Counted from the first letter of the stretch, positions 39,780-50,529 are shown. The stretch is 64,000 nt of DNA from Halobacteriovoraceae bacterium (GCA_963719505.1 CAVRCF010000001.1:1120001-1184000), one strand, 5' to 3'. Notes: generated by a model not told the origin, from the sequence alone. Translations and numbers: made by a program.

Positions 39780-41764
39780 TGTACTGGTACGGTCGTTCCT
39801 ATTTCTCTTGTAAAGTTATCAATTACACCAAGCCCTCTAAATTGACCAGTCTTAAAAAAGGTCGAAAAAGGTGCGCCAGTATTTGTTTGTGCTGTCATGG
39901 TGCCATGGACAAAAACATTCTGTTCACCAAAGATATTATAGAGGTCTATCAGGTGATCTGTTTTAGAAAAATATTTTCCTACAAACCTTCTTAGTTTCGT
40001 CAGGTTTCTCTGACCAGTCTCCTCGACATGCTCTTTGTAATCAAAATACCTCGCAGTAAGAGTCTTCACACAGGCATTTCGACCAATTTGAGGACGACGA
40101 AGCATTTTTGATCTTTTTCTTGAATTTAACCAATCTTTTAATCGTCTACTATTACAGGTTCTCACGATTGCTGTAACAATATGTTCGGTAGAAAGGCCAT
40201 GGAAGTAGGTAAGTCCAGTTTTTTCGACTTCAATTTGGCTTTCAAAATTTAATGGTCCTTTCAGTTTTTCATCTGAAACTAAGGAAGCCACCTCTCTATT
40301 AAGATTTGACCAAGCTTTTATTCTTTGTACCGCATTTCGTTTTAATTTTCTGTCAAACCAGCGGTGAGTTTTATTCGCCTGATATTTTTGGGTGAAACGT
40401 AGTGAAAATTCTTCATCAGTATTCACAGTTTCTTTTTCTAAATCACTTTTACTCTCATACTCAAGCTTCATCTTTTGAGAGGACTCAGCATAATTGGCAA
40501 CACCGGTGTCAAAGTCAAAGATTCTAACGACAACGATATTAATGAGACGACTTAATAGATTTTGAATGTATTTTGTCGACTGAGAGTAGTGGGTATAAAA
40601 AAGGCTTTCGACACCATCTTTTATGATTCTTACCTGTTGAGTTTGTTTTTTTCTAATCTTTCCAAAAAGTAAAACACTATATCTTGAGTTGAAATTTTCT
40701 TTCACTCTATCTTCTAGAGAAATAATATTTTGTTTCCATGAATTAATAGTGTCTGTTTGTCCTTTTATAATCTTTTTAAATTCCCCGTGGTGGGCTTCGG
40801 AGTTCATCATAAGGCTTATGTCTCTTTCAAAAAAAGAGAGATTTTGTTTATTGGTCTGCCCATAGGAATACTCAAGCTCTCCTTCAAGCAAAGTAAGTTT
40901 AAGAAGATTAAAGAAATCGAGTTGAACTGAAACTGCAGCCGTCGCTGTTATATTCCAGGACTTCTCCCTAGAGACTCTTAAAATCTCATCCTCTTTCTTT
41001 ACATCTGATTGACCCAGACTTTGTAAGATGACTTCGTTTTGAAAAGCGACATCGACTAAAACACCAGCTGATGCAGATATTCCTGATCCTGGAGAGGTAA
41101 ACTTTCCGCCTGCATTAAAGTAGAATGAATCTTCTTTTTTTAGAATTTGATAGGGATCCATATTGATGACATGGTCGACATTAAATTTACTAAAAGAGAG
41201 AAAGAGCTTTGAGTAGTCTGCTCCAACACCTTGGCTATACGTTTCAGCAAAGTGATAGTAGTGATAGACCCTTTTAAAGCCAACACCAACGAAGGCGCCA
41301 ATGTCTGCTTGCGATATCTCTACAACACCATCTTCTTTTAATTGTGACAGGTAGCTAGAAGCATCGATACTAACAGTTAAAGTATCGTGGACGATAAACT
41401 TGTTCGAAAACATATCTGGAGTAATTTCTCTGTTTGCGTATAGTTTTATATTTCCGGCAGGCTTTCTCCAACTGAAGCCAGAAAAGTTTAGAACTCCTCC
41501 GCCAATATCGTGATTTAAAATAAGTGGGCGAGATTCATTCTCGCCAATTTGGTTATAATTGTGACCGACAATCTCATTGATTCTTTCGATCAGTGGCGAT
41601 TGAGAATCTGGAGCAATATTTTTTAATTGAGAAGACTTAGAAGTCCTAAGATTCTTGGCCGCCAGATCTCCCTTAATTGAGAAATGTTTGAATTCATAGG
41701 AGAAGGATGAAAAGCAAAAAAGTGTGCTGACCAAAAGAACTATGCTTGAATAAGAATTCGTCAT
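39776..41764 (-). CDS. Large secreted hypothetical protein
   Basis: Start reassigned to ATG 41764 (SD AAGGAG); signal peptide. Confidence 0.65.
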   Translation of the reverse strand: MTNSYSSIVLLVSTLFCFSSFSYEFKHFSIKGDLAAKNLRTSKSSQLKNIAPDSQSPLIERINEIVGHNYNQIGENESRPLILNHDIGGGVLNFSGFSWRKPAGNIKLYANREITPDMFSNKFIVHDTLTVSIDASSYLSQLKEDGVVEISQADIGAFVGVGFKRVYHYYHFAETYSQGVGADYSKLFLSFSKFNVDHVINMDPYQILKKEDSFYFNAGGKFTSPGSGISASAGVLVDVAFQNEVILQSLGQSDVKKEDEILRVSREKSWNITATAAVSVQLDFFNLLKLTLLEGELEYSYGQTNKQNLSFFERDISLMMNSEAHHGEFKKIIKGQTDTINSWKQNIISLEDRVKENFNSRYSVLLFGKIRKKQTQQVRIIKDGVESLFYTHYSQSTKYIQNLLSRLINIVVVRIFDFDTGVANYAESSQKMKLEYESKSDLEKETVNTDEEFSLRFTQKYQANKTHRWFDRKLKRNAVQRIKAWSNLNREVASLVSDEKLKGPLNFESQIEVEKTGLTYFHGLSTEHIVTAIVRTCNSRRLKDWLNSRKRSKMLRRPQIGRNACVKTLTARYFDYKEHVEETGQRNLTKLRRFVGKYFSKTDHLIDLYNIFGEQNVFVHGTMTAQTNTGAPFSTFFKTGQFRGLGVIDNFTREIGTTVPVQ

Positions 41765-41866
41765 AATTCTCCTTGTGCGACGCGTTACAACTATACAAAC
41801 TGTATCTTTTTCGGTTATACTCATTCACTTCTTTACTTCTATAGTGCGTTATAATCGGAGAAAACG

Positions 41867-42121
41867 ATGGATGTAACTAAATTCAAGGCTTTATTAGATG
41901 AACAGAATTCTTGGCCAGAATACTATACTTTTAAGTTTGTCGTTTTAGCTGACAAGAAGGATCAGGTTCTTGAGCATCTTGCTGGTCATAAAGTTACGGT
42001 CAGAGAGTCTAGTGGTGGAAAGTATCTTAGTTTTTCAAGCCGTTTATTAGTGAACTCTTCTGAGGAGGTTGTTGCCGTCTATGCTAGCCTCAAAGATGTT
42101 GAGGGTATAATGTCTCTATAA
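41867..42121 (+). CDS. DUF493/YbeD-like protein
   Basis: WPEYYTFKFV and SSGGKYLS motifs. Confidence 0.8.
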   Translation: MDVTKFKALLDEQNSWPEYYTFKFVVLADKKDQVLEHLAGHKVTVRESSGGKYLSFSSRLLVNSSEEVVAVYASLKDVEGIMSL

Positions 42122-42136
42122 AGATCAGGAGTCATA

Positions 42137-43165
42137 ATGAATTATAAAACAGCAATTATTTTTGGTGCAGGAGCTTTTGGAACATCTATCGCTTCAGTCC
42201 TTTCTGAAAACTTTGAGCAAGTCATTGTCAAAGTGAGATCTCAAGATATCTATGACTCTATTAAAAACGGTGAGAATGCAATTTATCTACCTGGGCAAAA
42301 ACTCGCTGATAATATTGTTCCCGCTCTAGACTGGGATGAGGTTGATAAATTAACTAAAAGTTCGAAAGTTGAACTTCTCGTTAATGGTTTGCCAACAAGT
42401 GCTATCTGCCCTTTTTATTCTGAAAATAAAGATCGTTTTTTGAAATACTTTGAGGCAAATATCCCTTTTGTTTCGCTCTCAAAAGGAATTGATCCAGACA
42501 CTTTAGAGTTACCTGATGACTTATTTAATCATTACTTCTCAGCTCATCACGATAAATTGACTTATTTGTCAGGACCCTCTTTTGCTAAAGAGATTCTAGA
42601 TAAACAAGTCACTATCGTCTCTCTCGCTGGTAAAAGTCCAGACGTACTTCTTAATGTCAGCTCAATGCTTCAGACCAATTATTTTAAAGCCTTTCCCACG
42701 TATGATGTGAAGGGTGTGCTGTTGGGCGGTGCTTTAAAGAATATCTTAGCTATTGCAGGAGGTATCTTAGAGGGAATGGGCTATAATCATAATACTAGAG
42801 CGGCGATGATCACTCGAGGTATTACTGAAATGCTACGATTTGGTAAGGTTTATAACGCAAGACCTGAGACTTTTTATTCTTTCGCTGGAATGGGAGATTT
42901 AATCCTCACGACGACAAGTAATTTATCGAGAAATAAAACTTTCGGTTTAGAAATTGCTAAAGGAAGAAAACCCTCAGAGATTATAGCCTCTCAAAGAAGT
43001 GTCGTTGAGGGCTATAAAACGACAGCGGCTGCTCATAAACTTGCGAGCAAGTACCATATAAGAACGAGTTTGTTTGATGGTATTTACCAGATACTCTATA
43101 ACGATACGACTCCAGAGGAAGTTATCACAAAACTCATGGAGCAACCGGTTTCAACTATTGATTAG
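42137..43165 (+). CDS. gpsA: NAD(P)H-dependent glycerol-3-phosphate dehydrogenase
   Basis: GAGAFGT, SGPSFAKE, GGALKN, GMGDLILT, SRN. Confidence 0.95.
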   Translation: MNYKTAIIFGAGAFGTSIASVLSENFEQVIVKVRSQDIYDSIKNGENAIYLPGQKLADNIVPALDWDEVDKLTKSSKVELLVNGLPTSAICPFYSENKDRFLKYFEANIPFVSLSKGIDPDTLELPDDLFNHYFSAHHDKLTYLSGPSFAKEILDKQVTIVSLAGKSPDVLLNVSSMLQTNYFKAFPTYDVKGVLLGGALKNILAIAGGILEGMGYNHNTRAAMITRGITEMLRFGKVYNARPETFYSFAGMGDLILTTTSNLSRNKTFGLEIAKGRKPSEIIASQRSVVEGYKTTAAAHKLASKYHIRTSLFDGIYQILYNDTTPEEVITKLMEQPVSTID

Positions 43166-45317
43166 CTTTTATTGTATCCCTTATTTTTGAGATGGATACA
43201 GTCTCTCCTAAATGAATAATCTTACCGCTTGGTGTTTGCATAAAATAAGCTGGAACACCAACGATATGATATTTGTTTAGGAAAGAAGTAATATAATCAT
43301 CCCTTTTGGTCCAGTCTGCGAGAAGCAGCTTCATATCATTTTTTTCTACAAGCTCAGTAAAAGAATCTGTATTTAGAACAAGCTTTTTATTCACTTTACA
43401 TGTCAGACACCATTTTGCGGTAAAATCAACAAAGACCCATTTTGATTCTTTAGCGATTTCAGACATTGACTCTTCTGACCAACGGTTCCAAGTGACATCC
43501 GCTTGAGAATTTATTTTAGCTTTTGCTTCGCCAATCTCAAGACCATTATTGGAAATTGTTGATATGGTTAATCCAATTGGAATAAGAAAAATCAGAAGAT
43601 TCCAAAAAAAGACTTTTGATATTTTTTTTCTAAAGTAGAAAGCCATAAAAAGAGAGATGAAAATGGTGTTGTAGTAGATACCAAAATAATTGAAATCGAC
43701 CAAGGCCATAAAGACATCGTAGAGCCAAACGAAAGTCAAAAGAAGAGTGAAACCTAAAATATTTTTTAATTTATCCATCCAAGCACCTGGTTTCGGAAGG
43801 AATGAAATAAGGGCAGGGAAAAGACCCGTTAGGATAAAGGGAAATGAGAGTCCAAGTCCTACGAAGAAGAAGATCAGAAAAATACCTGATGTTCCTGTTG
43901 TAAAAGCAAACGTGAGAGCTGTGCCTAGGAATGGAGCAGAACAGGGAGTTGATAAGATTGTTGCTAAAACACCGTTAAAGAAATCTCCACCCATACCTTC
44001 TTTAAGCTTGGTATTTCCAAGTTTTCTTCCGCCTGGAGTTAAAAATTCAAAGAGCCCAAGCATATTCATGGCCATAACTAGAAGAATAATCATCATTGTA
44101 AAAACAAAACCAGGAGATTGAAGTTGAAAGCCCCAGCCAATTTTTTCACCTGTGGACTTCAAGAAGATAATGACAACTCCAAAGATCATAAATGTGGCAA
44201 TGACCCCCGCTGTATAGGCCAGGTTATGTTTTAAAATCTTTTTCTTAGACTGCTCAGAATGTGATATTAAACTAAAGAGCTTTAAAGAGATAACAGGGAG
44301 TACACATGGCATTAGATTCAAAATCAATCCACCAAGAAAAGCAAACAGAATAAATGTAAGAAGACTTGTACTACTGTCGGGGTTAGCAAAAGTGAGATCT
44401 TTTAGAGGTGTTAGCTTATCTAAAATTTTATTAAAAGAGCTATCTCCGGTTGCTGAGAACTCATAGAGAGGAACATCAATAATAGAGGCATTTTTTGTTT
44501 TATCATATTGCAACAGAAACTTTACATTCAAAGGCTTATCGAATCGACCCGTTTTTGGAAGTGGAATAGCTGGTTCTTCATAGATTCCATTCCAGTCAAT
44601 ATAGATTCTTCCATAAAGAGTTTTGTTTTTTTCGTCATAGAAAAGCTTCTCATGTTTGTAATCAAAAAGATTAATAAGGTAGGGGGTTAGAAGATTACTT
44701 TTGCTATCAAATTTCTCTATTTGAATATCCGAAAAACTATATTGTAAGACGAGAGTATTCTCCTCTTCACCCTTAGAGAGAAAAACTTCTAAATTATTGG
44801 GCTTTGGTTCCATACTTGGAAGTGCTTCAAAAGCTTTTACAATTTCACCAATATCAAAACTATGATTTGCCGTTTTACCTAAAAGGTTATCAAAGACTTT
44901 TATTTTTACATCACCATCGCCTGGGATACAGATGTCTTTACACACAAGCCATTGTCCTTTTATACCCAATGTTTTATTTTTTAAGGAGTCCGGTAGCTTA
45001 AAGAAGTAATGTTGTGTATATCCGTATCCAAACGCTAAAATATCTCCCGCTTCCATATATTTCTTTGGCGTCGGCCACGGAAATGGTTCAAGCTTAATTT
45101 CTTTTTCGTTAGCACTAAATTTAAACTTTGTCGTCAATCCGGCATCGCCTGGATTTTTCCAGTAGGTGTGCCAATCTTTGTCATGAACAAGACTGACTGC
45201 GAGAAGATTTTGCTCACCCATTTTAAATGCAATGGCACTCATGTCGACGTGTTTCTCTGCATTTAGAGTCAATGCGAAGAGATTTAGTGAGAAAAGGAGT
45301 GTTACAATTTTATACAT
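43155..45317 (-). CDS. dsbD: DsbD-like thiol:disulfide interchange protein
   Basis: WHTYWKNPGDAG, LVCKDICIP, LNLMPCVLP, TPCSAPF, AKWCLTC; start set to ATG 45317. Confidence 0.88.
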   Translation of the reverse strand: MYKIVTLLFSLNLFALTLNAEKHVDMSAIAFKMGEQNLLAVSLVHDKDWHTYWKNPGDAGLTTKFKFSANEKEIKLEPFPWPTPKKYMEAGDILAFGYGYTQHYFFKLPDSLKNKTLGIKGQWLVCKDICIPGDGDVKIKVFDNLLGKTANHSFDIGEIVKAFEALPSMEPKPNNLEVFLSKGEEENTLVLQYSFSDIQIEKFDSKSNLLTPYLINLFDYKHEKLFYDEKNKTLYGRIYIDWNGIYEEPAIPLPKTGRFDKPLNVKFLLQYDKTKNASIIDVPLYEFSATGDSSFNKILDKLTPLKDLTFANPDSSTSLLTFILFAFLGGLILNLMPCVLPVISLKLFSLISHSEQSKKKILKHNLAYTAGVIATFMIFGVVIIFLKSTGEKIGWGFQLQSPGFVFTMMIILLVMAMNMLGLFEFLTPGGRKLGNTKLKEGMGGDFFNGVLATILSTPCSAPFLGTALTFAFTTGTSGIFLIFFFVGLGLSFPFILTGLFPALISFLPKPGAWMDKLKNILGFTLLLTFVWLYDVFMALVDFNYFGIYYNTIFISLFMAFYFRKKISKVFFWNLLIFLIPIGLTISTISNNGLEIGEAKAKINSQADVTWNRWSEESMSEIAKESKWVFVDFTAKWCLTCKVNKKLVLNTDSFTELVEKNDMKLLLADWTKRDDYITSFLNKYHIVGVPAYFMQTPSGKIIHLGETVSISKIRDTIKANQ

Positions 45318-45361
45318 TTTATGACCTTTTAAAATATTCAAATTTTCATTACTATATGTGT

Positions 45362-46162
45362 ATGGATTATACACCAAATTACAATAAACCTCTTAGAATT
45401 ATCTGTTTAACAGAAGAATCTGTAGAAACACTTTTTGAAATTGGAGCGGGTGATCAAATCATTGGCGTCTCGCAATTTGTGAAGAGACCACCTGAAGCTT
45501 TAAAAATTCCCAAAGTTTCAATGTTCACAAGTTCTAATATAAAAAAGATAATAGATCTGCAACCAGATCTAGTTTTAGGGTTTTCAGATATCCAAAAAGA
45601 TATCGCAAAAGATCTAATTGAAGCGGGTATTGACGTTTGGATCGCTAATCATAGGTCGGTAGACGACCTTTTAAAGTACATCTCTACTTTATCCATGATG
45701 GTTGACAGAAAAGATCAAGGTCAGAGACTTATTCAAAAAATTCTTCTCAAAATTTCTCATGCACAAGAATTTTCAAAAAGCTTAGAGAAAAGACCCAAAG
45801 TATACTTTGAAGAGTGGGACGATCCCCTGATAAGTGCGATTACCTGGGTGAGTGAAATTATTGAAATCTGTGGCGGAATTAATGTCTTTAAGGACAAAGC
45901 TTATGGCAACCTAGCAAGTGAGAGGTTTGTCTCGCATGATAAAATTATAGAAGCCAACCCCGACATTATGTTTGCCTGCCACTGTGGAAAGAGAGTAAAT
46001 ATTCAAAAAATTAAAGAAAGAAAAGACTACGCAAACCTTGCTTTTATCAAAAACGATCATATCTTTGAGTTAGAACCGGAGATCTTTTTGCAGCCGGGTC
46101 CGGCAGCTGTGCTGGATGGTATCGATCAGCTATTGGAAATCTTTGAAAAATGGAGAGAGTAG
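45362..46162 (+). CDS. BtuF-like cobalamin/iron-siderophore ABC substrate-binding family protein
   Basis: RIICLTEESVETL, PDLVLGFSD, VYFEEWDDP, LQPGP. Confidence 0.8.
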   Translation: MDYTPNYNKPLRIICLTEESVETLFEIGAGDQIIGVSQFVKRPPEALKIPKVSMFTSSNIKKIIDLQPDLVLGFSDIQKDIAKDLIEAGIDVWIANHRSVDDLLKYISTLSMMVDRKDQGQRLIQKILLKISHAQEFSKSLEKRPKVYFEEWDDPLISAITWVSEIIEICGGINVFKDKAYGNLASERFVSHDKIIEANPDIMFACHCGKRVNIQKIKERKDYANLAFIKNDHIFELEPEIFLQPGPAAVLDGIDQLLEIFEKWRE

Positions 46163-46735
46163 ATGAAGGCTTTGTTTTTGATATTATTTTTAGCGACTAA
46201 TTCTTTATACGCTCAAGATGAAATGAGCCAGCGAGAAAAAATTCTACAGGAGTTCATGGAAAGTCGAAAAGCCATGATGGACAAGATGCTTGATGCATTT
46301 GGAGAGGATGATTTCTTCCAAGATGATATGGACGATGACTTTTTTAAGTCGATCATAGGTGACAGATTCCAAAAATTTCAAAGTAGTAAAATGGTAAGCG
46401 TTGAAAGCTTAACAAATAATGATGGAAGTATTGATGTCTTTATTAGGCCTATTGATAAGACGGTAAAGTTAGATATTGAAACCAAAAGTGATGCTATTGT
46501 TGTTAAGGCAAAGCAAGTTGAAAAGATTGAAAATGAAAGTAAATCTGGGCTCTCTTTTCGCTCTAGTAACCAAAGTATGACTCAGACCGTTCCGATCCCT
46601 TTTGGATATATTGCTAAAGCGCCCCGAGAAGTCGACGGAAAAATTTTAATATCTCTTGTCAAAAAAGGTCGTGGGGCAGTCAAAGATTTAGACAAAGTTC
46701 CTCTTCCAAAAAGAGAAGGTGAAGATACAATCTAG
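46163..46735 (+). CDS. Secreted hypothetical protein (Hsp20-like beta region possible)
   Basis: Signal peptide; Met/Asp/Phe-rich N-terminus. Confidence 0.55.
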   Translation: MKALFLILFLATNSLYAQDEMSQREKILQEFMESRKAMMDKMLDAFGEDDFFQDDMDDDFFKSIIGDRFQKFQSSKMVSVESLTNNDGSIDVFIRPIDKTVKLDIETKSDAIVVKAKQVEKIENESKSGLSFRSSNQSMTQTVPIPFGYIAKAPREVDGKILISLVKKGRGAVKDLDKVPLPKREGEDTI

Positions 46736-47680
46736 CTATTTTTCCCACTCGGGAATGGATTCAATTTCTTCTTTAAGTTTTAAATACGAATAGAGTCTAT
46801 TGAGATGGATTCTCTCCTCAAGGATATCTTCATCTAAGCTGTGAAAGAAACAGCCTTTAGAGTTGTCTTCATGCTTGCAGTCTTTAAATTTACATCTCCC
46901 AAATAACGGTGCTAGGTCAGGAAAGAGATTGGGAAGATCTTCAGCTGCGATATCGAGTAAGCTTAAAGTTCTTACTCCTGGAGAGTCGATCATAAGAAAG
47001 TTTTTACAATCGACAACTTCGGCCCATGTTGTGGTGTGAGCTCCCTTATTAACTTTTTTGGCCAAACGAGAGCTCAATAGATTGACCTTGCCGTCACTTA
47101 GACTTGAGATAAGTTTACTTTTTCCAACACCTGACTGGCCTAAGCAAATGGCAGTTTTATCTTTCAGAAGTGACTGGAGTTCTAAAAAGTCGTCTCTAAA
47201 TCTTGGATCATTAGGATCCTCGGAATTGAGCAGAAATACTCTCACTCCTAGGGACTTAAATTTTTCGAGCTCAAATTCTAATTCGAAGTCATCTTCATAC
47301 TCGTCCATCTTATTCAATATGATGGCCGCCGGCACGTCCCACTGAACAGCTCTGGTTAAATATCGATCGAGTAAAAAAGGTTTGTACTTGGGGTTTGATA
47401 CACTAGACATGATAAGAATGACATCGACATTGCTGGCAATAACTTTCTTTTTATTTGTTCTGACTATTTTTCTGAAAATCTCGTTCTCTCGCGGCTCGAT
47501 TTCAATAATGTCGTAGTCATCAGAGTCTAAGCCTTGTTTGAGGATGACATTGTCACCAACGACCGGATGATCCTTTTTCATGACTTCTCGAAGAACCGTC
47601 GCCGGGACAATATCGTCTGCGCCATCAATTTTGCAGTCGAAAACTCTCTTGGCGGATCTAAAGATTTTGGCTTTTATCAT
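46736..47680 (-). CDS. rsgA: Ribosome small subunit-dependent GTPase
   Basis: PVVGD, IASNVD, LNKMD, GQSGVGKS, GAHTTT, DSPG, CKFKDCKH; start set to ATG 47680. Confidence 0.95.
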   Translation of the reverse strand: MIKAKIFRSAKRVFDCKIDGADDIVPATVLREVMKKDHPVVGDNVILKQGLDSDDYDIIEIEPRENEIFRKIVRTNKKKVIASNVDVILIMSSVSNPKYKPFLLDRYLTRAVQWDVPAAIILNKMDEYEDDFELEFELEKFKSLGVRVFLLNSEDPNDPRFRDDFLELQSLLKDKTAICLGQSGVGKSKLISSLSDGKVNLLSSRLAKKVNKGAHTTTWAEVVDCKNFLMIDSPGVRTLSLLDIAAEDLPNLFPDLAPLFGRCKFKDCKHEDNSKGCFFHSLDEDILEERIHLNRLYSYLKLKEEIESIPEWEK

Positions 47681-47751
47681 TCCAAGAGAATACAAGTATT
47701 TACCGAGAATAAAAAGTGACAAAAATACTCTTATAAATTTTATTTCCTTTG

Positions 47752-47780
47752 TTGACAGACAAGGCAAAAGGGCTTAAATT
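47752..47780 (+). promoter_or_regulatory. Sigma70 promoter of tRNA-Arg
   Basis: TTGACA-N17-TAAATT. Confidence 0.65.
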
Positions 47781-47834
47781 TTACAGCCTATCTACATTAA
47801 TTCTCTGTAATTAGAGGTATTTAGATTATCCAAT

Positions 47835-47911
<77 letters not shown>

Positions 47912-48009
47912 TTTTAAGTCATTTCAAGTACTTGCAATCATTATGTTTTAAGCCCTAAAGTCGAACCCGTAAAGGTTCGATAAACCTATGAGCTTAAAAT
48001 GAGGTTTTT

Positions 48010-49251
48010 ATGCAAGTGAGAAAAGTAAAAAACAGTGATGGGTCTGTGCGTTATCGGTACAGGTACTATGAGAAAGGTAAATTAAAGTCTGTTCTCAACA
48101 GTGACCTCCCTTATCATCCAAAAACTGATGAACAAGCAGAAGTACTAAGGAAGAGATTAGAGTCAACCTATGAGGCTGCCAAGTTAGAAACGAAGAGCCA
48201 AGAAGAATGGCACGAGAAATACTACAGCTATAACTCCCTATTTGAGACTTTCGCAAAGTACCGCAAAAAAAAAGCTAAGAACTCCTATAAAGACAAGCTT
48301 TCATATTTTAGAAACTATGTTCTTCTCTACTTTTTAGAAATCCAAAAGCTTGAGAATCTTGAGACCTGGAAAGAAAGGCGGTACGACTTCGTATTGTGGC
48401 TAAGAGAAAGAGATAAGATGCGAGGAGAAGGTAAATTAGCTTCTCAGACTATCAATCATATAATCACAGAGTTTAATGTATTTATTGATTTAATGGCTCA
48501 GACAGGCAAAATAGAAGCTCCTTTTACTATAAATTTACTGCACAAGGATGAACTCAACAAAAGAGGAGCTGAGGCGGTCCTTTCCGATGAAGAAAGTGAA
48601 CTTCTTTTAGAGGAGCTAGCAAAATTTGATGTAAAAAGCTCTGAAATCTTCAGGGTGCTTCTAAATACAGGTATGAGATACAACGAATTGTTAAGCCTTG
48701 AGAGATCTAGTATTAAAAAGGGTGAAATCCCCGAAAAATCACTGACCAAAGCACTCAACTACGGAATGGCTAATAAAACAATGTATTGTTATATTGTTCT
48801 AAGCTCTCAAATAGATAAATCCACAGGTAAAAGAAAGCCTCTTAAGTCAAAGAAGCAAATCTCTATCGCTGACTCAAGGTTTGTTCCTATTTATGATAAA
48901 GAAACATTCAATATTTTAGTTAGGGCCTTAAAAGAATCTAAAGCTAAAGAAGAAGAAACTTTATTTCACTACTTTTACAAGTATTCTCGATTAAATAGAG
49001 CTTTGAAGAAAGCTTATGATCAAATTGGTCAGTACACAAAAAAGTATTCTTATAAGTCTTCTCACTCTGCAAGGCACACGTATGCTACTTATTTATCTCA
49101 AATTGATCCATCATCTTATTTAGCGACGACTATCTTAGGGCATAACTATCAAACATCGGCTCGGTATAATCACACTCACGCAATATTAATGAAAAAGCTA
49201 ATTAATGAAGCTAATACGGTTGATATAGATGACTGGGAAGAAGTTGCATGA
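48010..49251 (+). CDS. Tyrosine recombinase/integrase
   Basis: NTGMRYNEL (Arg), HSARH (HxxR), LGH, TSARY (Tyr); adjacent to tRNA. Confidence 0.92.
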   Translation: MQVRKVKNSDGSVRYRYRYYEKGKLKSVLNSDLPYHPKTDEQAEVLRKRLESTYEAAKLETKSQEEWHEKYYSYNSLFETFAKYRKKKAKNSYKDKLSYFRNYVLLYFLEIQKLENLETWKERRYDFVLWLRERDKMRGEGKLASQTINHIITEFNVFIDLMAQTGKIEAPFTINLLHKDELNKRGAEAVLSDEESELLLEELAKFDVKSSEIFRVLLNTGMRYNELLSLERSSIKKGEIPEKSLTKALNYGMANKTMYCYIVLSSQIDKSTGKRKPLKSKKQISIADSRFVPIYDKETFNILVRALKESKAKEEETLFHYFYKYSRLNRALKKAYDQIGQYTKKYSYKSSHSARHTYATYLSQIDPSSYLATTILGHNYQTSARYNHTHAILMKKLINEANTVDIDDWEEVA

Positions 49252-49520
49252 CAATTACGCAAGCTAAAATTAAAGAATATAACGCAGATCTAATTAGAGT
49301 TAGAAATACAAGGCGCGATAGGTTTTTGGATACTTACCCAGACTACAAGAGCTTCTATCATTTTTTAATAAAGAAAGGTGATTCAAACATATGTTTTCGC
49401 ATTTTGACGGAGTTTATAGATAGAGATCTTAAAAATTTCCATTCCCCCAATTTTGAAGATTGGATATTTGAAGTAATAGCCAAAGAAGCAGAAAATCTTT
49501 TTTGTCTACCTTACTTTTGA
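49248..49520 (+). CDS. Hypothetical protein translationally coupled to the integrase
   Basis: ATGA overlap with the integrase stop. Confidence 0.6.
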   Translation: MTITQAKIKEYNADLIRVRNTRRDRFLDTYPDYKSFYHFLIKKGDSNICFRILTEFIDRDLKNFHSPNFEDWIFEVIAKEAENLFCLPYF

Positions 49521-49680
49521 GATCGTAACTAGTTTTAGAAAATTTAGTCGAAAATTATGACACCTTATTAATGTCTGGACCCGGAATTATTAACTCTTAA
49601 GCCTTCTTGGAATAATTAAGAGATCTTAACTCATGGCAAATTCAACAATGACGATAAGGGATAGTGACCAAGGAGAATCT

Positions 49681-50052
49681 ATGAAGTTTTTGTTATTGAA
49701 CATTATTTTAATGACATCGTTTAATTTGATGGCCTGTAGGGTTAGAGTTACTAATGGAGTAACGAATGAATCTAAAACATTTCAAGCTACTAAATTTCCT
49801 TTCAAACTAAGTTTAGGAAACTCTAATTGGGTCTGTTTTTTAGATAAAGGTACTTATTCGAAGGAAAGCTATTATGGATTTAAATGTTCCATAGGGTCCA
49901 ATGCATCCTTTCTTTCTTCAACTATTGATAAACATAGTAGCGACTATATAAGTTCGATTCTTGTAGAGAAAAATCCAAAAACTCAATTTGTTATAGAAGC
50001 AGATAGATGTGACTTGAAAAAATCAAAAACAAAAAAGAGTCCTGCCTCATAA
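49681..50052 (+). CDS. Small secreted Cys-containing protein, paralogue A
   Basis: SD AAGGAG, ATG 49681, signal peptide; shares motifs with 50191-50529. Confidence 0.7.
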   Translation: MKFLLLNIILMTSFNLMACRVRVTNGVTNESKTFQATKFPFKLSLGNSNWVCFLDKGTYSKESYYGFKCSIGSNASFLSSTIDKHSSDYISSILVEKNPKTQFVIEADRCDLKKSKTKKSPAS

Positions 50053-50190
50053 GAAATGATTCTTAAACTCTTTAATGATTAAAGTTCATGCTGTTAAACT
50101 CTCTCAGGAAAAGTGTAAAACAGGATTAGATGATAAAGATTTGTGTGAAATTATTTAATAGTAAGATTAGTTTAATTAAAAGGATGATTT

Positions 50191-50529
50191 ATGAAAAATT
50201 TATTATTAGGGATATGTTTCTTCGGTTCATTTTACTCTTATGCCTGTCAAGTTGAAATAAAAAATTTAAATAATACTAATGACGTTATAAAAAGTAAGGT
50301 GGACAGCTATCCCTTCAATATATCTCTTCCTGGTACAAAATGGACTTGTGCAATTATGAAGTCTCCTGGGGAGCCCATTTATTACCAAACTTTATGCACT
50401 ATTGGTGATGAATATAGTGTCATATCTACAGCTGTTCATCGAGAAACAAAGTTCGCAGAAATTGGTCTTGCTGAAAAAAAGACAAAGAAAATGTACCAAA
50501 TTTTACTAAAAGAGTGTCATGTAAATTGA
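50191..50529 (+). CDS. Small secreted Cys-containing protein, paralogue B
   Basis: Signal peptide; AC.V, PF..SL, W.C and YY...C.IG shared with paralogue A. Confidence 0.7.
   Translation: MKNLLLGICFFGSFYSYACQVEIKNLNNTNDVIKSKVDSYPFNISLPGTKWTCAIMKSPGEPIYYQTLCTIGDEYSVISTAVHRETKFAEIGLAEKKTKKMYQILLKECHVN

Noticed and set aside
1429-47777. Numerous 60-125 aa ORFs overlapping well-supported genes (e.g. 1429-1626, 17226-17489, 19197-19511, 43747-44121, 47058-47345)
   Set aside because: Antisense or off-frame shadows with no SD or recognisable motifs
47974-47980. GGTTCGA read as a duplicated tRNA end (att site)
   Set aside because: Only 7 nt match the T-arm and they form part of a local hairpin; no long tRNA 3' repeat was seen in the window
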